A DNA stretch of 64,000 nt, from NCBI GenBank assembly GCA_964016885.1, contig OZ024740.1, positions 168,702,001 to 168,766,000 of the forward strand, given 5' to 3'. Positions within the stretch are counted from its first letter, which is position 1. Each line of letters starts with the position of its first letter. The stretch is from Eledone cirrhosa (lineage: Eukaryota). The notes beneath the pieces are model-generated. The model did no database searches. It was given only the letters and a program-made list of their open reading frames with translations, and was not told the DNA's origin. The position numbers were made by a program, and so were the translations under genes. Positions 11,755 through 22,388 of this stretch are shown here, in pieces.

Positions 11755-12845
11755 CTCATGAGCAAAGCATTTGACCATGTCTGATTCAAAATTCTTTTGT
11801 CTAAACTGCCCACTCATGGGCTAATTCCATTTCTCATCTCTTGAGCCAGAAGCTACCTGTCAGATTGCACCATCTTACTCCCTCAGACCCACATTCCATC
11901 AAGTGTGGTGTCCCCAAAGATCCAGTTATGTTGTATACACTCTTCCCCTTGCACATTAACAATCTACTCAGTGTCACCTTTAACCTTGCTCACTTTTAAA
12001 CAGATCAAGTTATTCTCCACTCCTTCCCTAAACTTCCACACACAGGTGTTATCCCCATTTCACCTAGACACTTTATCTCAAACCTTCACTACGTGAATAA
12101 ACCGCATATGCTTCAAATAAAGATACAGCAACCTTGTGTCTTTTAACAACACAAATATACACACACTACACATATCAAGGGAACAATCTTGTACCTCAAC
12201 TTCTCTAGTGTTAGACATTATGCAATTAAAATCCTCAAAGTTGCTGCAAATACTCAATTTCACAATATCTGATGATTTGTTCTCTCCTGGCTATCCCAAA
12301 GTCATAACATAACAAAACCTGCTTTCCAAAGAGAAGCCTTCCCCTTCAGAAGAGCCAGAAAATATTTCTGCATTGAATAACTGCTGGCTCTCTACAAAAC
12401 TCAAGTGAGACCCTTGATAGAATACCATTCCCACATCTATGGCAGTACACCTGCAATATAGGCAAAGATCTGAGATCACATCCAAAAGAAAGCCATCCAA
12501 GTGATTGACAACAACACACTCATCAAAACGCTTCAAGCTCTTGTCCAAATATGTTTTCTCCTTAATCTGCTAATATTACAACTACTGCAATGGCTTTTGC
12601 TCCTTAGAGCTAGCTAATTGCCTATCACCTCCACCCAAGTACACCTGAAACATCCACCTCTACTGGTCTTGTAACCTATTCTATGTCTCTCCTCCCAGGA
12701 TCCACACTACTTTACTCCTTCTTTCCTTCCTTCCAGAACACTAGCTTTATTGAATTCCTTTCCAGCATGAGTTTCTCAAGCAACCATCAGCTACATCAAA
12801 CTCATATTTTGGAGGTCATGTGCATCCTTTCCTCCCAACTAAAGC
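11755..12845 (+). mobile_element. Highly decayed CR1/L2/Jockey-type LINE fragment
   Basis: SKAFDHV..LLSKL and GVPQ-like remnants interrupted by many stops. Confidence 0.5.
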
Positions 12846-13085
12846 ATTAATATATATATATCGTTTCTGAATTTGTTTAGCAAGATTCTTTATCTGAAAA
12901 CGTATGTTGAAACCGATATTGTTATACTTTGGGAGGGTCATGTTGCCAATAAGAAACACATGCACCAGTTGCTTTCACTCCAATTTATTATAAATTAAAA
13001 CATTTTTTTAAAAAATTTGTCAAAAATTTTTTATAAATTTCCTGTTGGTTGGTTGGTTCCACAACCAGACAGTTGTTTATATATT

Positions 13086-13128
13086 GTCAAAGTTCTTTCG
13101 TCACACATTCTGTGACCTCTTCAGTGAC
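13086..13128 (-). ncRNA. Minimal type-I hammerhead ribozyme motif (antisense to host gene)
   Basis: Minus strand reads GTCA-CTGAAGA-G-GTCACA-GAATG-TGTGAC-GAAA-G-AA-C-T-T-TGAC. Perfect 4-bp stem I and 6-bp stem II, 2-bp stem III, all core nucleotides present, CUU cleavage triplet. Confidence 0.78.
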
Positions 13129-14364
13129 TTGGGATTATTTTCTTTGTTTTGTGCCTCTCCTTTGTTCTGTCCTATGCCATTTTGTTTTTGTATATTTATA
13201 TATATATAATTATACAAGGAAAAACAACACAGGAGAACAATACAATGCAATGATGATATTAGTTTAATGCTTGATATAGTATGAAAATAGTTTTAACATT
13301 TCAGATATTAGTCCTTCATTCGGAGCTAGAATGACAAGTAGAAGAAACAGAAAGATTGATGAGAGTAGGAAAGATAGAAAATGGAAAAAATTATTTCTCA
13401 AGAGGAAAACGTTTGTATTTAGCCATTATATATGTGTGTGTGCAATCAAGTTATCAATCAATCTATTTTTGGTGTAGTTGTCTCATTTAACATGTTTTCT
13501 TATGGCTTGCATGATGAATCTATTAGGGTGCATATATCAATGTACCAGTTAAACAGAAGTGTGGTGACACTATGCCAAGAAAATCATCAATGAACTGTGG
13601 CATCCTACTTGTTCTTCTATCATAACTAATATAATTTCTATCTCTGAATTTGCTAACTTTATAGGACTGATTCTTAAAGCTATTTGTCATTCACAGCAGA
13701 TATTTTAAAGAAAGTAAAATTATACATAAATACATTTAAGTCATTTACAGTTAACAATATTGGCTAACACAAAGAAATAATGTGTGTGCCAACAATATAT
13801 TAAAACCATTATAACTTATGCTAGTACTGCCTATCCCCACCGCTATCTCCACAGATATTCGCAACAAACTATAAAGAGCACAAAATAACACTTCACATCT
13901 GCTCTTGTTATTCGAGTACTTACAGTAATACAGGATGAGACAATGAAGGAGCTTCAGCGTAGTTGCTAGACCTCGTAGAAATAGTAGCCAAATCTCCATC
14001 AAATCAGACCCCAGCATATAAAAAATGATGAAGACATTTGATAATGTAATCCTAGATTACTACACAAAAAGAGATGTTTGATCTGCCCAATCAAGTTTTT
14101 AAAGTTAAAGTCTGTCTCAAGTCTGGAGGCTCATCTGACTGGAGCTTATCAGCCCATTGCAGGTTTAACCCCCAACTGCAACTGGTACTCATTTCAGCTG
14201 AGTATACTGGAGCAATGTTTTGTACTGTACAGTGTTTTGCTCAAGAACACAATGTGCTGCCTGGTTCAGGAATTAAACCCATGTCATTGTGATTGTTAGC
14301 CCACCACTCTAACCACCAGACCTTCAAACTCAATTAAGTTTAACCTGGGTCTAAGCAATTTTTC

Positions 14365-14607
14365 TTATTCTATACATCTGTTACTGGTGCCATGACAAAA
14401 TTCCTCCTCCGGCTCTCCCTATCTAGCATTGCTGTTTGAATTTCCCCTGCCTCCAACCTAGTGTCATCTTCAAGAATATCCTTCAATGTAATGGTTGGTC
14501 TCCCAACTTGTCTGCATGCATCAGGTTTCCAGAAAAGAAACCTGTTAGCAGGTTCATCATGACATTTCACATATCCGGCTAATGTGAGCCTCCTATACCT
14601 TATGATA
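14365..14607 (-). mobile_element. RTE-like LINE 3' tip
   Basis: IRYRRLTLAGYV...LFWKP...GRPTITLKDILEDD...MLDRESRR. Confidence 0.7.
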
Positions 14608-16075
14608 TCACTCAACCTTGCTAAACCACTAGCCACACTATTCAACCTATCATTGGCTACCGGAGTTGTTCCTGCCGACTGGAAAGTAGCTACAATTTGC
14701 CCTATCTTTAAAAAAGGTGACAAAGAAGACTCGGGGGAACTACAGACCCATGAGCCTCACCTCAATTGTCTGTAAGGCCTTGGAATCTCTAGTCAAGCGG
14801 GCAATTATGGCTCATCTTGCATCTTTCACTGCCATCTCTCCATCTCAACACGGTTTCATCCTGAAACGTTCCTGTCTCACAAACCTACTTGTGATGGAAG
14901 AATGGATAGTGGGCGATGGAGATGCAGTCGATATTATCTTTCTCGACTTCGCCAAAGCCTTTGACTCTGTCAACCACCGCCTGCTCCTGCATAAGCTCAG
15001 CAACTACGGTCTCCATGACTCGATTATAAAGTGGATTGGATAATTTCTTGAGGGTTGTACTTGCAGAGTTCGGATCAATGGCAGTCTGTCATCGGGGGTG
15101 GGTGTAGGCAGTGGCGTTCCCTAGGGCTCTGTTGGGCCCAATTCTCTTCCTTCTATACATCAACGACATGCCGGACGTGATTGGTGGAAATGTGCTCCTA
15201 TTTGCAGATGATGTGAAAATGGTAGCCCGTAGGAGCGAGATTGACAATCTCAAGTCCAGCCTCCAGTGCGCCTGGATTTGGTCCATTGACTGGGATTTAT
15301 ACCTCAATGTCAATAAGTGTTGCCATATGGCAGTGGGTACACCTTATAACTCAGCTCTTACCTTCAACGGTGGCACTGCTCCTTTGAAGGAGGTTGAGGA
15401 GACTAAAGATCTTGGTCTGCTGGTCGACTCGTCCTTCAAACCATCAAAACATTGCATTCAAGCCGCAAACAAGGCAAGGAGCTCTCTTTTTCTTATTCGA
15501 TGCTCCTTTGCCAAACTTACTCCAGAAATTTTCAGGCCTCTCTATGTCGCCCTCGTGAGACCGCACCTAGAATATGGCATCCAAGCATCAAACCCATATC
15601 TCATACGGGATATCTATCACTTGGAGAGAGTTCAACGACTAGCGACTCGAATGGTACAGAGTCTTCATGAGCTGCCCTACGAAAGCCGGCTGCAGAAGCT
15701 GAACCTCTTCTCCTTGGAACGTCGACGGCTATCTCATTTTGGCTTACAATCTCTTCAATGGCCATTACGATCTCCCTCAAGATCTCCTATTCACTCCGGC
15801 ACGTGAAAGGGGTCTACGTGGACATGAAAAAAGCTGTTTCACCGCTGCTTTCGCCTAAATAGACAGAAAGCTGCTTTCTCGATCCGCATCTCTGGACCCT
15901 GGAATCGGCTTCCAGAAGTAGTCAATGTGCCAACCACGCAACAATTCAAGGCGAAATTGGACCGGTGTTGGACCACTGTGTTTCCGACTGTGTAAATTTT
16001 GCCCCTCTCCCCTCCTTACATGGCATCTGAAGCATCTGTTTTATTTTCTGCCAAATATATTGAATTGAATTGAAT
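14608..16075 (+). mobile_element. CR1-like LINE, 5'-truncated, with (TGAAT)n tail
   Basis: NYRPMSLTS, FLDFAKAFDSV, LFADDVK and VRPHLEY motifs; frameshifted; ends TGAATTGAATTGAAT. Confidence 0.9.
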
Positions 16076-17032
16076 ATGAGAAAAGTGAAGTTGTGAACCA
16101 TAGTGCGATTTATTTGCTATGTGTGCTTTCAAGGACACACTATATTAATCTTCCCACACTGCACTTCATGAAGTAAACGACATATCAGATTAAGCTGTAT
16201 AATGTTCTCAACTAGACAAAAGCATAGTATATTTCAACTACTGGATCTGTGGTTAGCTATTCAACTGGTATACCATAGATCTGTTTGATAAAGGCTGATT
16301 TGGGTTTACATGACAAAGACAACCTATTTATTACATATTCATTTATTCTTTTCCTGATTTCAGTCATTAGACTGCTGTCATCCTTTAAGTTGATTATGTA
16401 GACCCTCATACTTATTTTATCAATCTCTTGTTGTTAACAGCTATGTTGCAGAACATAACCTCAGATACAGGCACAAATGTAAACTGGCATAGACATATGG
16501 AAACACTCACATGGAAACATGCACATATACATACATACATATACATATATACATATACATATATACATATATTTGAAAAGGGAGTAAAGTTTTATACAAA
16601 ACAGAGGTTGTAGAGAGAAAGTAAAATTGGAAACAGCACAGGAAATATATTTAAAGAATGTTTTTCTTTTTTTTTTTTACAACTACTACGACTACCTCTC
16701 TCTCTCTCTCTCCCTCTCTATATATAGATAAATATAAGGTTCCATTCTAGACCCAGTCTTCTTCTTAACAAGATGAACAGACCTTCTTCAACACTTAATT
16801 TTAAATTTTTTATTTTTAACTCTTTTTTAATTCTTTTTAATTATAATATTCAACATTTGATAAGATGGATTATATCGATACATCGAAACCAAGAATGTTT
16901 TATATATTTTATATACATTATAAAACTCCTCTTTTTTTAAAAATTGTTCCTCTCATTTTTTCAATAATGTCACGGATCAAAGAAAAAAAATTTTTTAAAT
17001 ATATTTTCCATGCTGTTTCCAATTCTACTCTG

Positions 17033-17106
<74 letters not shown>

Positions 17107-17275
17107 AGAGAGTAAAACAAAGAATCCTTTAATACATCAAAAGTTTTACTCTCTTAATTTTTTGGCTCTGTTTAACTGCATTGAGCTATACCTTTTACTG
17201 TCATTTCTATAATACGAAGAGGGTGTTTAACTCCAACACGCTCCAGTATTTTAATCCTTATATATATATATATAT

Positions 17276-18798
17276 CATCATCATCATTTAACGTCCATGT
17301 TCCACGCGTGCATGGGTTTGGACGGGAGTTTTCCCACTTGAGGCAAGAGTGGTTGTCTTGCTCGCATAGGACTGCCTGGCGGGTTTTCTACAGCTGGATG
17401 CCCTTCCTAACACCAACCACATTTACAGTGTGGGGCTGGGAGGTTTTTGCCGTGTTGCCTACACGGCCACATTACAGCGTGGACTGTCTGGCGGGTTTTC
17501 TACAGCTGGATGCCCTTCCTAACACCAACCACATTTACAGTGTGGGGCTGGGAGGTTTTTACCGTGTTGCCTACACGGCAACATTACAGCGTGGACTGTC
17601 TGGCGGGTTTTCTACAGCTGGATGCCCTTCCTAATACCAACCACATTTACAGTGTGGGACTGGGAGGTTTTTACCGTGTTGCCTACACGGCCACATTACA
17701 GCGTGGACTGTGTGTTTTTTTGTCGTGACACCTACACGATCTCATTTGTTTCGGCCTGGATGTTGTGGCACAAACATAACTTTACATTGAAAGAGGAGGT
17801 GTGGATGGGGTGGTGGGACGGGGGGGTGTTTTGTTAGAGATGCCTACTGATTGTAGTAGGTTTTACTTTGTATTTCAGGTAAGGCGGGTCTTCTCTATTA
17901 CTGAGTACCGCCAAAGATCTCGGTCCAGTGACATTGTCTTGGAGAGGTGTAAGTGTGTGAGGTCGGAATTTATCAGGTCGTCCCAGGTTTTTCTGGGTCT
18001 GCCTACTCCGTGGCTACCATCTATCTTTATTGCCCTGCACTTTTTTATACAGCTGTCGTCTTTCATGCGCATCACGTGACCATACCAACGTAGCCTTCTC
18101 TTGACTAAACAACATCTGATCCCTCTTATTTCTAATTTTTCCCTTAGTTCGTTTATGCTTTGCTGTTCGCGTATATTACTATTACACATCCAGCGGAGCA
18201 TGCAAGCTTCGTTCCTCTCTAGTCTGCGTATATCCTCTGCACACAATGCCCAGGTCTCACTGCCATGCCAGATTGCTGTTCGTATGCAGGCATCATACAG
18301 CCTGCCTTTCATTTTTAGGGAGAACCCTTTAGCGGCTAATAGTGGTATAAGCTCTCTGAACTTTTTCCATCCAGTTCTGACTCTAGCTACTGTACTTTCA
18401 GAGCACCCACCCCCACTGCTGATTTTGTCACCCAGGTAACGGAAGCTGTCCACTATTTCTATAGAACCCTCTGCGCAATTGAAAGAGCTAGTATTTTGTG
18501 GGCACTTGCTGCTACTTATTGCACCAGAGCACCGGCCACATGTAAAATCTATGTTCTTAGTTAGCTTACCTGTGATCCCACTACATCTTTTATGCACCCA
18601 TACTTTGCATTTGGGACATAAAATGGAGATTCTACCTACGCCTTTCCTACACACTGAGCATGGCCATTTCCCGGAAGGGACCGGCGCCTTATTTTCTTTC
18701 CTACAAACTAGAACTTTAGTCTTAGCCAGGTTAATTTTAAGGCCTTTTGATTCTAGGCCGTGCTTCCATGTTTGGAATTTCTTCTCTAGCTCGGCCAT
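17276..18798 (-). mobile_element. RTE-clade LINE 3' portion (young copy) inserted between (TA)n tracts
   Basis: The 307-aa ORF is nearly identical to the C-terminal part of ORF 30857-32290; 3'UTR and (ATG)n tail present. Confidence 0.93.
17369..17710. repeat. Three tandem 112-bp units within the RTE 3'UTR
   Basis: GGACTG boundaries at 17369, 17481, 17593 and 17705. Confidence 0.92.
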
Positions 18799-18849
<51 letters not shown>

Positions 18850-18914
18850 AAACGAAAACAATAACGAAGAATACAGTACAAAGTGTTAGTATTAGGTTCA
18901 CGCTTAAGAGTAGA

Positions 18915-18947
<33 letters not shown>

Positions 18948-18950
<3 letters not shown>

Positions 18951-19320
18951 TCATCATCATCACCGTTTTACGTCCGTTCTTCCATGGGTTAGACGAGTTG
19001 ACCTGTTGTGGGCAGTGTCCAGTCGACTGACCTTGTCTTGCTCATACAGGAACTGATTTTGGCTTGATTTCTACAGCTGGATGCCCTTCCTAGCACCAAC
19101 CTCATTTACAGTGCGTGCTGGGTGCTTTTTTTCTGTCGCACCTACACGTCCACTTTACAGTGTGGGCTTGGTGCTTTTTTTGCCATGGCGCCTCCACGAC
19201 CACATTTCAGTGGGAGGGGGTGGGGGCATATTCTCTATATGCTTCAGCATCTGCTTGTTCCCGTGGGAAGTCGGGTCTTCTGTATTACTGCGTGATGCCA
19301 GAGGTGTGTCATCGCACTTG
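18948..19320 (-). mobile_element. Short RTE 3'-end copy
   Basis: Reverse complement of the 22010-22388 type; (CAT)n tail at 18948-18962. Confidence 0.8.
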
Positions 19321-19593
19321 AGAGGTGTATATATATATATATGTTAGTTAGGTGTGTAACAACAATTACAGGTGGCGCGCCGTTTGAAGTACTCAATGCT
19401 GTTACGAAGTCCGTTTCATTTGGGTTCTATGCCAGTGTTACGGCTGTAGTGTACAGAGTGTAAATATATTTACAAACTTTATTTGCATATTACAATTGTT
19501 TTTCGATATAGATCAGCTCAATAGATTAAAGCACTCAACATTATGCAAATCATCCATCATAGATGTGATATCCTGGTGCAGGAATGGAGTTAA

Positions 19594-20114
19594 ATATTCA
19601 TTAAAAATAACAGAAGGCTGGACTGGAAACAGTCATTTTAAAAAATTTTAATTTTGCGAAAACACAATATTTATTTCAATAGCATAGTTTCATCATCTGA
19701 TCATGATGCAAGACTTAGGCGATTTCATCAGGTGTTGATTGCAAAATAAGTTATATAAGATAACAGGATTATGGTGAACACAAACAGAGAATAGAGGATA
19801 GATTTGGTTCTGAGACAGCTTACCAATTCGGTGTTATTTTAACAGCAAACCAATCATGGATGGTTTGCCGTTACAATAGCACTGAATTGGTGAGCCATCC
19901 CCGAACCAAATCTATCCTCTATTTTCTGTTTGTGTTCACCATAATTCTGTTAGCTTATATAATTCATTTTGCGATCAGCAACTGATGAAATCACCTAAGT
20001 CTTGCATCATGATTGGATAATGAAACTCAGCCATTGAAATAAGTATAGTGTTTTTGCAAAATCAAAACATTAAAAATGTTTCCAGTCTGGCCTTCTGTTG
20101 CTTTTAATGAGTAT
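19594..20114. repeat. 521-bp imperfect palindrome (arms ~255 bp, ~8-nt spacer at 19853-19860)
   Basis: Arms align end to end, e.g. ATAGAGGATAGATTTGGTTC / GAACCAAATCTATCCTCTAT and ATCATGATGCAAGACTTAGG / CCTAAGTCTTGCATCATGAT. Confidence 0.95.
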
Positions 20115-21254
20115 ATATATATATATATATACTTTTTTTTTTCTGTCCCTATATTCACTTCCTACAGTCTAGCAGCCCTTTTTGTCAGACATGGTTGCCA
20201 CCGTTGATAGTGTTAATACCATTGTAGTTACAACTGACTGCTATTGTGGTTAATTATTATTCTGCATTGTGATTATTGCTGGCCTTGTGCCATAGGGTGG
20301 AAGCAAGGATTGTCATGATTATTATGTTAGTAGTTATTAATATAAGAATTTGTTTACAACGACCTGCTCCACCAGGCCTTTTTGTTGCCGTCGTCACCGT
20401 ATAGGGTTCATTACTAGTGATGTTGTTGCTGCTGCCTGGCTGTTGGGTAGTGTGTATTCACTGACATTAACTGGGTACTAGTATCATTAATATCAGTTCT
20501 ACCGCGATGACCAGTGTGGGCGATGGGCGGTGTTGCTGTTGTTGCCATTGTTGTCGTCGCTGTTGTCTTGAGGATGGATGCCATCAAGTTGTTTATCGCC
20601 CTACCTCAGAGTTAGGTTTATTGCTGTGGCTGTTATCGTTGTTGTTGTCAGCGGGGTATTACTATCACTACAACTGCTGCAGCCAGTGTAGGCGACATTG
20701 GTGGGTGTTTGCTGTTGTTGTCGTTGCTGTTGTTGTTGTTGCAGCTGTTGTCTTGAATGTGGTTGTCAACAAAATATATACCTCACCCTCCCTCAGGGTT
20801 CCGTTTATTGCTTCCACTATCTACTGGATTCTGGCTACGCATAGACTATCATTTGATACAGATCAACACAACATACTTGAGAGGTTACCTTTCTGCTGAT
20901 TTACAGCCTCAATTCCGTGGGGGATGCGTGAATCCTGATTTTGCTAATTGGATAGCACTTTACTCCAGTAAATACGATGGCTGGGAGACTCTTTCAGGAA
21001 CTCATATGTCTGCTGGACGCATGAGCAGAAGGACATGTGTTTTTTTTCCTGCCGGCAACATATCACAAAATCGAATTTCATCTGAGGATATCATTCTCAT
21101 AACAGCATCAAATGCATGAATCACATCTTGATTGCATGGGAGAACTGTTGAAATAATTATAATTGGATAAACGATTTATGTAACACTAGCATCTTTATTA
21201 ATGTTATTATTAATATTATTATTATATATCATCATCATCATCATTATGATATAT

Positions 21255-21429
21255 TTGGGAGTATCGGTAGAGGGTCGGACGCCATGCTTTCCAGCATAGT
21301 TACGTCCCTTTATGATCTGAGTTCAAATCCCGCCGAGGTTGACTTTGCCTTTCATCCTTACGGGGTCGATAAAATAAAGTACCAGTAATGCACTGGGTGA
21401 TTGCTGGCCTTGTGCCTAAAGTAGAAACA
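21255..21429 (+). mobile_element. SINE family A (tRNA-derived)
   Basis: A/B boxes and GCCTTTCATCCTTACGGGGTCGATAAA body; TSD ATTATGATATAT at 21243-21254 and 21430-21441. Confidence 0.88.
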
Positions 21430-22009
21430 ATTATGATATATATATGGCTAATAAGTGGTTAGAGAATTGGATTCACAATTGTGAGGTTGTAATTTCAATT
21501 CCCAGATTGGGCGATGCGTTATGTCCTTGAGCAAGGCACATTATTTCACATTGCTCCTTCTGCCTGGAGTTGCGACCGACAGATAGTATTAGCAATTGGA
21601 AAGACCAATGGAAACATTATTTCCTCGGTCTGATTTGATGAGCTCCACCCCACTTGTTAAGCGAATGAGGTCTGGGATCTTGTCAATCGACTCTCAATAT
21701 ACATATATATATATATACATATAGTAATAACAAATATGAAGACTAAAATCCGAAGAGGGCTCAATAAGGATTATATATATATATAAATATTAAAAAAAAT
21801 ATATATATATAAAAACCCATATATATATGTATATGTGTATATATATATATGTATGTGTAAGCACATACTTATGCACATGCCTAAATCTTATAATAATACT
21901 TGTTTTAATGATCTCATTATTAATTACTTCTATCATTTTTGTTTAATCATTTTATTTACATTATTATTCTTAAACTCTGGAGCTGGAAATCATTCAGTTA
22001 TTCTCCAAG

Positions 22010-22388
22010 GCGATGACACACGACCGTGACCTCTGGCGTCACGCAGTAATACAGAGTACCCGACCTCCCATGGGTACAAGCTGAAGCATATAGACAATAT
22101 GCCCCCACACCCTCCCACTGCAAGGTGGTCGTGGAGGTGCCACAGCAAAAAAGCACCCAGCCCACACTGTAAAGTGGATGTGTAGGCACCACGAAAAAGC
22201 ACCCAGCACTCACTGTAAATGAGGTTGGTGTTAGGAAGGGCATCCAGCTGTAGAAATCAAGCCAAATCAGTTCCTGTATGAGCAAGGCATGGTCAGCCGA
22301 CCAGACACTGCCCACAACAGGACAACCCATCTAACCCATGCTAGTGTGGAAGAACGGATGTAAAACGGTGATGATGATAATAATGATG
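22010..22388 (+). mobile_element. Short RTE 3'-end copy
   Basis: GACCTCTGGCGTCACGCAGTAATACAG start, TTGGTGTTAGGAAGGGCATCCAGCTGTAGAAA tail motif, (ATG)n end. Confidence 0.8.

Noticed and set aside
17308-17837. Repetitive ORFs, or a CRISPR-like array
   Set aside because: These are contiguous 112-bp tandem units in a LINE 3'UTR with no unique spacers or cas genes, in eukaryotic DNA.
19470-19545. Another minus-strand hammerhead (..AAAAACAATTGTA..)
   Set aside because: Helix III looks plausible, but the 5' core (CTATTGAG) and helix I deviate too much to call.
20507-21119. 130-aa and 120-aa ORFs as genes
   Set aside because: They are driven by low-complexity triplets, with no recognisable domain or splice support.
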